Virus record (IMG/VR): IMGVR_UViG_3300042346_000188
Coordinates: 1-64,000 of that record
DNA from: a virus
Reading direction: 5' to 3' (one strand)
DNA length: 64,000 bases
Position numbers and translations under genes: made by a program. The notes beneath the pieces were generated by a model. It did no database searches, had not been told where the DNA came from, and was given only the letters and a program-made list of their open reading frames with translations. Shown here in pieces: positions 18,869-32,000 of this stretch (position 1 is the first letter of the stretch; each line of letters starts with the position of its first letter).

Positions 18869-19084
18869 ATGGCTAAAATTAAACCATTCAGTATTGACTA
18901 TGTTGTCGGTATTACCGTTAAACATATGCTGAAAAGTATAGACGTCAGTATTAATAAAACATTCCAACGTACGAAAGATGGTTCACTTTCAGCTGAAAAA
19001 TCAGTGGAAGCGTTTGAAGCATTATCCGTATTACATCAAATGAGAGCGCAACTAAATGAACGCCCAAACAATCAAGGTAAATAA
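18869..19084 (+). CDS. Hypothetical protein (start revised to ATG 18869)
   Basis: The longer ORF-track start overlaps the terminator. Confidence 0.55.
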   Translation: MAKIKPFSIDYVVGITVKHMLKSIDVSINKTFQRTKDGSLSAEKSVEAFEALSVLHQMRAQLNERPNNQGK

Positions 19085-19085
19085 T

Positions 19086-19403
19086 ATGTCAGAAGCAAAA
19101 GGTATTAAAGGTCTAGTCGGCCAAAAAATGAACAAATCTACTAAATTTTTAGGTAGTGATGTTAAAATTTCGAAACTAACAGTAGCAGAAGTTGTAGAAA
19201 TCCAAAAGCGTGCTCAAGATATTGAAAAAGATGAGACTGCTGGTTTGGAAGTTTTGAAACTAGTAATTCGTTCTGCTGTAGAAGGCGGTGACGAATTAAC
19301 CGATGATGATTTTGATAACTTTCCAATGGATGAATTATCTAGACTTTCAAATGATATTATGAAATTCTCAGGTATGGGTCAAGATCAGGGAAAGTCGTCT
19401 TAA
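19086..19403 (+). CDS. Tail assembly chaperone (lambda gpG-like)
   Basis: Between tail tube and tape measure; ends at a GGGAAAG slippery site. Confidence 0.75.
   Translation: MSEAKGIKGLVGQKMNKSTKFLGSDVKISKLTVAEVVEIQKRAQDIEKDETAGLEVLKLVIRSAVEGGDELTDDDFDNFPMDELSRLSNDIMKFSGMGQDQGKSS
19388..19394 (+). other. Programmed -1 frameshift site GGGAAAG
   Basis: Same heptamer as lambda G/GT; the -1 frame (VVLSDEELPIFEIAYQLKMPV...) is open into 19448..19738. Confidence 0.85.
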
Positions 19404-19447
19404 GTGACGAAGAGCTTCCTATTTTTGAAATAGCGTATCAACTTAAA

Positions 19448-19738
19448 ATGCCTGTTAGCAAGTTATACGAAGATATGACTTATGAAGAGCTTTTAGGCTG
19501 GTTTAACTATTTTGAAAGGCGGCCTGTAGAGTGGAGAGCAGATGATCGTGCTGCTAAGCTCTTACAGGCACAGGGTGTTAATCAAAAGCCTTGGCAGCTA
19601 TTTACTTCATTAGAGCCTATTTATAATCCGCCCTCCAAGGTTAATTCGGATGGTAGTTTTGATACCAGCAGCTTTAAGCGTTCTGGATTCTTCCAGAAAC
19701 TTGCAACTGCCACAGGCGGGGAGTCTGTTCTTAAATGA
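19448..19738 (+). CDS. Tail assembly chaperone extension (gpT-like, C-terminal part of the frameshift product)
   Basis: MTYEELLGWFNYF motif; in frame with the -1 slip. Confidence 0.75.
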   Translation: MPVSKLYEDMTYEELLGWFNYFERRPVEWRADDRAAKLLQAQGVNQKPWQLFTSLEPIYNPPSKVNSDGSFDTSSFKRSGFFQKLATATGGESVLK

Positions 19739-20028
19739 ATATGAAAATTGATTTAAATTTAATGTCAGAGTTTAAACAAAAGTCTGAAATTATCAAAAAC
19801 AAAGAAGCTAAGAGATTAGTGGAAGAGTTACGTGCAGCAACACCTATAGATACGGGTAGAGCTAGAGCAGGTTGGAAATATGAAGACGGTCAGATAAGCA
19901 ATGATGTTGAATACATTGATAGACTCAATGCAGGGAGCAGTACACAAGCACCCACGCATTTTATAGAAAGAACTCTGCTTGCAAATGAAAATGTAAGCCC
20001 TAATGGTGTAATTGTTACACCTAAATAA
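19735..20028 (+). CDS. HK97 gp10-like tail completion protein
   Basis: TPIDTGRARAGW...NDVEYI..LN.G.S.QAP motif. Confidence 0.75.
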   Translation: MNMKIDLNLMSEFKQKSEIIKNKEAKRLVEELRAATPIDTGRARAGWKYEDGQISNDVEYIDRLNAGSSTQAPTHFIERTLLANENVSPNGVIVTPK

Positions 20029-20032
20029 TACT

Positions 20033-20062
20033 ACCCCCTTATTCTTATGTAAGGGGGTTTTT
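20033..20062 (+). terminator. Rho-independent terminator-like hairpin before the tape measure gene
   Basis: ACCCCCTTA / TAAGGGGGT followed by TTTT. Confidence 0.7.
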
Positions 20063-20076
20063 AATGGAGAATTTAA

Positions 20077-23000
20077 ATGTCAGGTATAGTAATTGAAGTC
20101 GATGCTAATACCCGAAAAGCACAGAGAAATCTAGAGGAAGTAAATACTGCGGTTAAGTCAATTTCACATAGTGTGAATGCAATGACCGATGGCTTTAAAA
20201 GTGCTTTTGTAGCAATTGGGTCTACCTTTGCAGCAGACCAACTCTTAAGATACGTAGAAGATACCACATCATCGCTACAAGAGATGGAAAACAAAGTTGC
20301 ATTGATTGTAGGTAAAAGTAATGAGTTATATGATACACAAGTAAGACTTAGAAATATTGCTGATGAAACTAAGGGAACCTACTCAGAAACTGTGGAAGTG
20401 TTCACAGCAATGGGACGCGCAATGCGTGGTACCAATGTTGACATTGAGCGATTACTTAGATCTTCTAAAACAATACAACAAGCAGTAGCAATCTCAGGCT
20501 CTTCTGCAGAAAGCTCTAAAGCAGCGTTAGTACAACTAGGTCAAGGTTTTTCTTCAGGTACATTACGCGGTGAAGAGCTTAATTCTGTAATGGAACAAAC
20601 ACCACGTATTGCAGCTATGATTGCAGATAGTATGGGTGTTACTCTTGGTCAGATGCGCCTAATTGCAGCACAGGGTGAAGTTACTTCAGAGGTTATATTC
20701 AAAGCCTTAGCAGACCAAGCAGAGCGTATTAATAAGGAATTTACAAATATAGTACCAACTCTTTCAAAATCTCTAATTAAGATGAAAGAGAACGCTGCAT
20801 ATGCTTTTGCTGAATTTGATAAAGGGCTAGAGCTATCAGATAAATTATCAAAGAATATTTTTGGTGTATCTGAAGCATTAGGTGCTTCTATAGATAAAGC
20901 TTATCTACTAGGTTATGCTTTGAAAGTTGCATTAAAATCTTATAATACTCCTCTTAAAGATTTACTAGAGCCTATAACAGAGTTTCTAGATATATCTATC
21001 TACATGTTTAGACATGCTTTAGATACCATTGGATTTACAAGATTTGTAACTTCTGTTATTGAGCCTATGCAAACAAAGTTTGTAGCATTTGTAGATGTTG
21101 CAATGACTAAGTGGAAAATGTTTGGAAGTTTGCTACGTAGTAATAAAGGCAATGACTCATTCTATATAATAAAACCTCTTAAAGAAATTGGAAATATAAC
21201 TTTCCTAACAATGCGAAACAGTTTAATTACTGTAGAAGCTCAGTTAACTTCTGTAGTACAAGGAGTTACAGGTAGATTCAGAGCATTTATTATTAAGGAA
21301 ATGCGTTCCTTTAATATTGGTGGTGAAATAGCTTGGTTCAAAATATCTAAGTCTATTATTGAAAATCTTCAAGAATCTTTCTTAGGTATTAATTCGGTTG
21401 GTGCTATTTTAAAAGCTACTACAAGCGCACTATTTGTAGAATTGGGCAGTAGTTTAGGCGGATTGTTACAAGATTTAGGTGACAGTCTAGCACAGTATGA
21501 CCTATTCGAAAGAATTTTTGGTATTACAACAGCTACTTCTAAGTTAGCAAAAATAACTGGTAACTTAATAAATACTGCTACTAAATTTGGTAGCGACTTT
21601 TTCTCAGCAGTGATAGACACTTCCGAAACGTTTGTTGATGAATTGTACTATACTCTTGCAGAAGGACTTAACACAGTATTACCTAAGTTTGCAAAAATAG
21701 ATATGCCAATTGCGTTCAAATTAGACGCATTGATAACTAGCGCAGAAGAAAGCTTAGATGGGCTATTGAATAGCTTTGTAACATTTTCTGAGAGATTGGC
21801 TAAATTAGATCTATTTGGAATGTTAGTAAAAGGCTTGAGCGAATTGGGGGTAATAGCTGTTGATGTATTCAATGTACTTATTCATTGGGTAACAACATTT
21901 ACCAATTTAGTTGTAAAAAGCGATATCGGTGCTTGGTTTGTTCGCGCCATAGATGGGATAGGTTTTTATGCAGATAAACTTAGAAACATTCTTGCGCCTA
22001 TTCAAGCCTTTGGTGATGCAGTCATTGAAGTATTCTTCAAAGTTTATGATGCAGTAATTGGGCACTCTTGGTGGACAGATACAGTAGAAACAATCATCTA
22101 CACATCTGCAAATCTTTGGGGAAATACTAAGAAAGGTTTAGGAGACTTTGGTAATAGCGTTATAGATTTATTTGAAAACATCTATGATAAAATTGGAAAT
22201 ATTTTAACAAAGGTTGCCAAATTAGACTTTTCAAAGACTATGGGTAAGCTTAATGCAAAACTATATGCATACTCTCCTGACTTAGCTGGATACGCAGTCT
22301 CTATTGAAGACTCAATAGGCAAGGCTGTAACTTTCTTACAAGTGGCTTTTACTAATACAAAATTATTTGATGGATTAAGATATTCTTTTGCAGCATCAAT
22401 GGGTGCGGGTTTTACATTCTTAGAGCAAAGATTTAGAGCATGGATTGCAACTTGGCCTATTGCCTTGAGACAAGCTTTCTCTGTAGCAGCAATGGCTATG
22501 GTCTTTAAAAGCTTACCTAAGGTAATTGCCGAAGGTGTTATGGGTGGATGGCTATTAGCTTCTGCTATTATTTCAAGCACATCTCTTGCTATTACCTTAA
22601 CTGCAAATACCTTTGATAAGAGTCTAGGTGTTGAGTTAGGTAAGATGGCAGGCGATTTAGCTGCAGGCGTTGTAAACGGATCAGTTGTAGATATTCCAAG
22701 ATTGATTGGAGAAGCTTTTGCATTTATTGGAAACTTTATGCAAAACTTCTTGACAGGAATACCTTACGTTGGTGTATTGTTTGCTGGTATTTTTAAAATT
22801 GCATCATTGTTTGGTTCTGGCCCTGCTGTTGGTGTACTAGGCGCATGGCTATTTGGCGGTACAGCTGTAAGACTTTTGTCTGAATTAGGCATCTATCGCA
22901 AAACAATGGGAGATATTGTAACTAGACAACGTAGCTTCCAGTCATTCTTTTCAGGGACATATACTGGTAGTAAATCAGGCGGTCCACCGACACCATTAGG

Positions 23001-26000
23001 AAAAATCTCACAAGCATTTTTCAATGATACAAATCGTACTCAAAGCCTTGCTATAATGGGGTTAGGGATGGATGTATCTGGTATGTTTAATTCATTGTAT
23101 AAAGATAATGTAATTGGTCATGCTATAGCGCGTGGTGGGTTAATATGGCTAGCACTTACTGGTGAAAGTGGTCTTCAAAGTATGAAGACAAATATTCTTG
23201 CACCAATCATGGCTAACTTATACTCTGTATTGGATCGTAGCCCAATGTGGTGGAAGATTAAGGATAAATGGAATAGAGAAGTTACATCATCAGCCGCTGG
23301 TGGCTTTGTAGGATTGACACAATGGATGGCTCGTGAAGCTGGTACATTAGCTACTTTTGTACACGATAGACTTGCAATGGCTTTTAGCAATTCTAACAAA
23401 ATTGGCGGTGCTACATTTATGCAGCATCTCTTATTGGGCAGAGGCGCAAACAGCTTTGATATTGTAGATAGATTTATTCTTCAAGTTGAATCAGCAATGG
23501 TTCGAATGAAAGAAAGAATTGGAAGAATTAGCGGTGTTGGTGGTATCCTTGGGTGGTTGATTCCTTCTCAGAAAACTGTATTTATGATGCTTGCAGGCTT
23601 GGCATTAGCATTGTCAGCAATGGCAACCCAAGCGGCTGAAACTAACTTTGATAATAAATTTGTAAAGGTTAGTAAAGGTGGCGATAAAGAACAGATGGCC
23701 AAAGATGGAAACCTTAATCAGTATGGTAAATACACCAATGATATTAAAGGTATTACAGAGGAATGGAATCTTGCTGCAACTATTGGTAATCCCTTACAAG
23801 CTATTAAAGACGCATGGGATACTATTAATGTGACTGCAACACAGTGGTTACTAGGTATTACAGCAGGTGCTACAGTATTCTTAATTGTTGCAAAAGAGCT
23901 TAAAAGAACATTAACAGCAACTTATGCAGAAGTAGATAGAGCAGGTCTTGTAATGACTGCTATCTCATATTTAGTTAAATCAACATTCAGAATAATTACA
24001 AGCACTATTGTAGAAGCTTTACGTTTATTATATTTTGAAACAGTTAGTTTTAAGCGTGAGAAACTTACAGGTCTTGCGTATGCTACTGCAATGATACAAA
24101 GCGCTTTAGCAGTTATTGTTAGATTTATAGCAGCAATATACATACCGCAAGCTTTTGGTTTAGGCGGAATGGGCATGGGTATTGGAGCATTAGCAGCTTG
24201 GGCAGCTTATAGTTCTGGGCCAGCTGTTGCATTGAGAATGGCAGCTAATAAGAAATTAGAAGCAGCACTATTAATGCGCGATACATTGCTAATGAAGCTT
24301 GATAATAAGTTTGCAAACCTTGCATATTTAAATGCTAGAGTACCTACTAGTACAGGTGTTTTGCGCTCTGTAGATATACTCTTACAGACGGCAGCAGCTG
24401 CAGGTGCAATGGTTAGCGGTAGATTAAGATCATTACCAGCAGGTATGTTAAAAGAATCTATTGCTGAAGGCCGTGGCGCACATATTGCACAATACGTAGC
24501 ATCTACAAGCTATGCAGGGGCAGCTCAACAAGTTGCTATGGGCATTTCTGCTAGTAAACAAGCTTTAATCAATAAGCTTGATACTGCTAAAATGTTTAAT
24601 AGAACTGGCGTACAAGAATCTCTTGCAGTATTTACAATGCTTGAAGATAAGTTTATAAGATTTGCATCTACTTTAAAAGCTATCCGTAGTGTACTTGATT
24701 CTGGCATGTCTATCTTAGGAGCAGCAGCTACTTATAGGGCTATGAGCTCCATGATGGCATTATACATTGTTGGTAACTTAGTCAATGCATTTGCTAATCC
24801 CAAGAAACGTGGAGAACAAGAAGGATTCCTTGGTTCTGGGCATGCTATTGGCATGGACTATTTTGGTAATATGCCTTTCTTTGGCGGTGAAGTTCCTTTA
24901 AGTCATTTATTAGTACCAGGAGCTATGGGTATTTGGATGCTTAAGAGTGCTAAACGTGTTGGCTTGGCAAGAGCACATGATGTTTCATTTGCTAAACAAA
25001 CAGCGCGTTACGAAAAGACATATGCATCTCAAATAGCTGCTGACGCATCTGCTTTAAATCAGTATAAAGCTCAACAAGCAATTTATGAAAGTACCGTAGC
25101 AGCAAATCCTGCTGCATCAATGGTACCCCCTATTGTGCCTACTGCTACAGCACCTGCCAGACCTGTTAAAAAGTCGCAAATAGAATTAGAAGCTCGTGAT
25201 GCAAAGAAACGTGCATTTATGGAATGGCAAAAGAATTCAGAAGATAGAGCGTGGATGGCTAGACAAGAGTCTAAGCTATTCCAAAAACAAGGTCTTGGAA
25301 CTGCAGCTGAATACCTTGCAATGACAACTATGCAACAAAGAGACACAGGCGTCAGAGCTACAAGACAAGGTTTTATGCAAGGTCGTTACGATGAGCGTAT
25401 GGCGGCTGGCAGAGGCTCTGTAATTCGACACACAATGCCTGCTGTTGCGGGAGCTGGTGTAGCTGGCTTGGGAATGATGGCTGTTGGCGGGTATTTAGGT
25501 GCTAAGGCTGGTAGTTCAATGTCAGACGGTTCACAAGAAGGCATCTCGTTAGGTGCTGTAATTGGTGCTGGTCTTGCCGGTTGGATTGGTAAAGATGTAG
25601 TTACTTCTTTATTTAATGTACTCAAAAATACTAAGAATCTTGCTCTGTTTAAATGGACATGGATTCCTGTTGCAATGGCAATGGCTTGGGATTCTATTTC
25701 AACAGCTCATAAAACTATCTGGGACAGAATAATTGGTCTTTGGGATAGCTTTAAGAATATGATTGGATTAAAAGAAGAACCTAAAGATCTTAAAACAGGT
25801 CTTGGCCAATCTAACATGGTAGAAGCTGCTAAACTAGGTATTTCTCCTTCCTTTGATATATCTAAAATTGATATGGAAAAGCTCAGTTATTCTGAGTCAA
25901 CTATATTAAAAGATACATTGAAAAAGGCGGATGAAGCACTAAATGCTGCTCATGCTGAAAGATTACGTTTAGGTTATGTTACAGATGAAACAGCCTCGGC

Positions 26001-29000
26001 TGCTAATGAATCTTTGAAAGCTTTAGCTCGTATGTCTAAAGAGTTTGCAGCCAAAACTAAGATTAATGTAGAAGAAACTGCAAATCAAATGTTACTATTA
26101 AGTCGTAAAAATGACTTAGACCCTACACGTGGTACACAAGCTAAAGATTTTATTGGTGGCAATTGGAAAGAACTATTAGGCGCAGTTGCAATGACTGTCC
26201 TTGGTAGTAAGCTTAAGTTACTTGCCCCATTGGGTGCTGAGTTAGCTCCTGCAGCTGCTGGTACAAGTAATGCAGCAAGATATGGCAGATATATTTCAGA
26301 TAAGGGCGGTAATATTGTTCGTGTAGCAGCATCCTTTATTGGTCTCAAAGGTATGCAAGAAGACATGAGTACTGCTATTGCTTCTGGTGCTGTTGAAGGG
26401 TTATCAGTAGGTCTCATGGTACCTGGCCCTTATAAGGCTGTATCAGGCGCAATTGGATTGGCTGTTGGTGCCGGCATAGGTGCTGCAACATCTGCATTCT
26501 CTTCACGTAAAGAAGATTACCAAAGAAGAGATTTTGTAGAATTCCCTTCTAGCCAAGGTTATGTACCTAGTATTCCAACTACGTACAATCCGATGGAATC
26601 GCAACGCCCAGATTATCTGACTGTTGCAACTAGTGACGCTGAACGTGCAAGATTAGAGGCTGAAAATTTAAGAAAATCTTTTATTAATTCAATCAAAGAG
26701 TCTACTTCTGCATATAACCAAATGGATAAAGGTAGTGGATTAGCTGCTGAGTATTCAGACAGATTAGCTGAGCTTAATAAGACCTATCATGGGTTTAAGG
26801 CAACTCAATATGAGATTGGAGATTCTGGTGCTATAAATAATAAAGAGCTTAATGCTAAGTATTATCGCAAGCTAAAAGAAAATGTAGAAGCTTTACAAGA
26901 GTGGACTGATGCAAGTATTAAGCAAACAGAATTTTTAAGAAAAGTTTCAGCAAGAGAAGCAATTGCAAAGAATGAACCTGGCTTTTGGAAACCATTAGGT
27001 GTAACATTAGATAATCTAAAAGATTTTCAATTATCAGGGCCACAGTTTGCAGTAGGCCAAGATGTTAAGAAACGTGCAGATACACTAGTACATCAAACAC
27101 AATTTAGTGATAATGCTGATAGTAATGCAAATCTATTTGAAAAGAAACGCCTTGCAGATAAGCGTATATATTTACAAACATTAGAAGCTGATAAGTACCT
27201 AAATAGCGGTATGGCATTAACTAAGCTTGGCAATGATATAAGCTTAGCTCTTGGTGATGAAGTTAAATATCTTTCTGAAGATATTACTAATAATCTTAGA
27301 GAACGTATTCGTAAAATTCAGTTTGTAGAAGAACAAGCATTAACTAGAATCCAGTTACCTTCCCTTGAAAACTTAGATGCAATGCCATTGGCAGATAGAT
27401 CAGCTGCTAAGATACGTAATCAAGTGTTGATGGATAAGTATAATTCTGATGTAGAACGTGCGGATGCTCGTAAGAAAGCTTTACCTGGTTTTAGATTTGG
27501 TACTAGGTATGCTGCTTTAGATGCTGTTACTAAAACACCAGAAGCTATGAGTGCTAAGATGACTAATTTATATGCTGCAGATGCTACTAAAGCACTTGCC
27601 AATTATAGAGAATTAGGTCTTGAGCAAACCAATGATTTAATGCTAACTAAAGAACGCTTATCTGTAATAAGAGATTATGCTGTAAGCGAACATAAATTAG
27701 ATTTACTTGTTGATGTTGATAAGCTAATAAGCAGCGTAGATAAGGCCTTAACACCTTTACAATTAACAGTTTCTGCAGCATTAGAAAATGCATTTGCAGG
27801 ACTTAGTGATCAGGCTGTTACATTCTTACCTGCTGATACTTTCATTGAATTAAAAAGTATTGGTACTCAAATTGCAAGAATCAAAAAGGATCTTGATGAC
27901 CCTGAAAGTCAATTCTTACCACAAGAAGACTTAATTGCAAAGAAGAATGCTCTAAAAGATCTTAAAGCACGTGCTGAAGATTTAGTAGCTGTCCTTCAAA
28001 CTGCTACAGGGGATACAATGTTAGCTGCTGTTTCTGATTTAGGTTTATCAGTAACGCAACGTGCTAGCGTTTCTCTTAGTCAGATGAAAGCTGCTTTAGC
28101 TTTGAAAAATGGTATTGCTTCAGTTGCCGGTCAATTAGCCAATACAACCGATCCTACAGAACAGCAAAGATTAATACAAAAAGCAGCTGGTTACGAGAAT
28201 ACCCGTGACTTGTTAAAATTCACAGCAACTCTAGATAAATCTGGATTTAATACAGTAGCAGAAGCTTTGGGCCTTGATCTTAATAAATTGAGTAATAAGG
28301 GTAAAAGTCTTCTAAAAGAATTCTCAGGTCTTGCTAAATATATTAATATATTAAAAGCTGATTCTGTACAGCTCAATAGCCAAGCTGCTATTGACAAATA
28401 TCTGTCTAACTTAACTGCATTGGCACGTTTAACAGAACGTGTTCAAATGACTAATAAGCAAAATACCTTAGAGATTTTAGGTGATCTTGCTGGCGGCAAG
28501 ACTAGTGTTAATCTTGCAGAACAATTATCATTAGGTGTTGTGAACGGGCTATCTAATACATCCAAGGTGCTTAAGCAAAAGTTATCAGAAGCAATTGCTG
28601 ATAGTGGCGATGTACTTGATGGTGTTGCACTTAAGATTGCAAAAGGTATAGATGCATTGTCTAGCTATCAACCTTTAATTGCATTCTTTGATTCGCTTGC
28701 GGACAAGGCAGAAACAGCTATTCATGGTGGTATTGGCAGAGCTTTAGAACAAGTTAATAAAGCCTTTCCTGACTTGAAAATAGACGCTACAGTAATGGGC
28801 AAAATGGATGCGGGTGCTAGAAAGTCACTTACAGACAAGGCCTACAATGTAAACATATTGCGTGAGCTTCAAACAAAGCCTTTGAACGAGGATCAAGCTA
28901 AAGTTTTAAACAGGCTTGGTGAACTTGGTCCAGAAAAGACTATTGAAGAGTTTGCTAAAGTTGGTAAATCTTTATTAGAATCTATTGGTATTACTGATAT

Positions 29001-32000
29001 TCAGCTGAATACAGTGGCATTAGATGGCGTTCAAAATGCATTAAAATTTAATACAGATGCAATCAATGCTAATACATCTTCATTAGGAGGCAAGCCTCCA
29101 CCAGCTAGTGAGAATACAGGCATAGTAACACCTAAGTCTGAATTCAAAAATACTGGTACCCAATATGACGAGATGTTTAAGAAATATGGAGAAATGAATA
29201 ATGTTCCTCCTGCACTCTTAAAGGCTATTGCTACTAACGAAACTGCTAACTTTGATACAAAAGCTGTTAGTTCTGCTGGTGCTGTTGGTATAATGCAACT
29301 TATGAAAGCAACAGGAGATAGATTTGGTGTAACTGATCGTACTAATGCAGAGCAATCTATTGCCGGTGCGGGTAAATATCTTCGTTACTTGATGGATAAG
29401 TTCCCTACTCTAGAAGAAGTTTCAGCAGCTTATAATGCTGGTGAGGGTAGCGTAGAGAGAGCTAATGCCAAAGCAAAGGCTAATGGTGGCTCATTTAAGG
29501 ACTACTTGCCTAGACCTAAAGAAACTGTACCTTACACTGGTCGTGTAATGGCGGACTATGCAAACTTCTCTAAACCAGTCGAACCGCCAAAGATTACTGA
29601 AAAGTATATTGAGTATGGAGATAAGATAGGTTCTCAACTTAATAAATTCTTTAGCTATAAGCCACCTGCAAATGAAGTACCTTTTGGCTTTAGTACAAAC
29701 CTTGAAAACTTTATACCAAAGAAATCTGATATAGAGTTGCCTGATGCTCAGATGGCCTATGAAGACTTTAAACCATTTAAGGTTACTTTAAGTAAGCCTA
29801 ACAAGCCTACTACAACTGTAAACGGTGGTACCGATTTAGATACTAATATGAATGGTATCAATATTACTGCAAGGGATAAGCGTGACGATATTTACAAAAG
29901 TCTTGATTCTTTTGATAGAATGTTTGGAGATTTTGGTACTGCAGACCTTGCCGATACAATGGATAAGATTCGCGAAGGCTTGAAAGCAACTGGAGAAGGT
30001 AATCCTGCTTATGATGCTCAGCATATTGCTGAAAAGATTGCAGATCAAATTGGTGTTAATACTAATTTGCCTGATCTTAAATTAGGAGCATTACCTGATA
30101 CTAGTATAAAAACAGTTGGCTCTCAGGTAGATCTTAAGCCATTTACTAATGCTTTAGAAGTCTATGGTAATTCAGTACCTACAGAAGCTCCTACTGTAAT
30201 GGATACCTTTAGAGGAAGTAACAAACCATTAGCAGGTCAATATGGCGATGCCTTAGGTCTTGATCCAAAAGCATTGCAAACATTATCAGCAGGACAATTT
30301 AGTGCTTTAGACACCATGACTGCAGCAAGAGCTAATGTACAGCAACAACTTACAGAAGGTCTTGGTACTAAAGGTTATGATGCTTCAGCAGCAACTCAAG
30401 CGCTAAAGAATCTTGATGATCAAATTAACTCTTTTGTTGAAGGTGTAAATGCTAATGTTGCTGAGCTTAAGGTAGATAAGGCTGGTGCATATATGGCAGC
30501 CAACAAGAACAACATTACTGGATTCTTAGGTAAATTTAGTTCTATTGGCACTGAAGTAACCGGCATGATGAATGAAGCAGATAAAGCTACTGCCAAATCT
30601 ATGGCTATTCAGAAATTGTACTTAGAAGATAAGTTGGCAAAAGACAGTATTGCTGGAAAGTCAACCCAAGAAACAAGCAAACAGTTAGCTGATTTGGCGG
30701 ATGCAGAGGGTTACCTTAAAGATAAAACTTTAGAAGCTGCTAATGCAGTTCGTGAGGCTGGTAAGGCGTTTGCCGATTCTATCACTTCAACATTCAAAGA
30801 TGCCTTCAAAGGCCTATTGAATAGAGAATCTGATAAAGGTAAATCTGTCTTTAAGACCTTCACTGATAAACTTGTAAAAGGTATCAAAGATCAAACTGTC
30901 GATATCTTCACCAATGCTGTAACAGATAGTATTGGCTTAGGCAAAGGCGGCTTGTTTACTAAGATGCTTAGTAGAACTGGTGCTGGATTATCATCTGGAT
31001 TCCGTGCATTAGGTGGTGGTGTTCAGAGCTTGCTGTCTGGTAAAGGTAGTTGGAGTGGCTTCACTTCTGGTGTTAGTAGCTGGTTTAGCGACTTGACAGC
31101 TAATTTAGACAATGCTACGCCTGAAGAAATTCAAATGGCGGCAGCAACTAAGTTCTCTGATGCCGTTGACAGGTTTGCAGGCGGTGGTGCCATTTCTGGA
31201 GCCGCTAATGCAGCCACAGGCAGCGGAATTGGTGGTGCCTTGATGAGTGCCATGCCGTGGGTTGGCGGTGCCGCAGGCGTTGCGGGATTGGGCTATATGG
31301 CAACTAAAGGTGGTGACTGGAGTAGTGGTTTAAAAGATCTTGGTGCTAATTTTACAACTAAAGCTGGTAGTGCATTAACACCTTCCGGCAACCCTATGGA
31401 GACATTAGATCCACGTACAGGGTTGTTTGGTAAAATGGATCCTTTTGATGCTGATGTTACAGGCTTATTTAATAATAAGAGTAGCAGTAACAAGAACGGC
31501 TGGTCAGCTGGCCTATCAGATTCTTTAGCTAAGAGTACCCCTGACACTACAGGCCTGTGGGATATAATTATGAAACCTATTAAATGGTTCTTTAGTTTAA
31601 TAGGCGATGGTTTTACAGGAATTATGTCATTCTTTACGGGTGCTGGGCAGGGCGTTGGGACTAGTTCAGGTAAGCCTGAAAGTGCTACAAGCCCCTTAGA
31701 TAGTTTTAAGCTTAAGTTTGCTAATGGTGGGCCAGTCTCAGGCGGTGGTACAACTACTTCTGATTCTATACCTGCAATGCTATCTGATGGTGAATTTGTA
31801 ATCAATGCAAAATCTACCAGAGAAAACAGAGAAATGCTGGAGCGTATTAATCGCGGTGAAGTAGTTAAGCGTTCACTAGGCGGTATTGTTTCAATGGGTA
31901 CAAGCCTTGCAGGAAGAGCTATTGGCGGTAAAACAGGAACAGCCCTAAGTTCATTGGGTTCTATTGCTAGTGGTGTTGCAGGCATGCTATCTAGTCAGCA

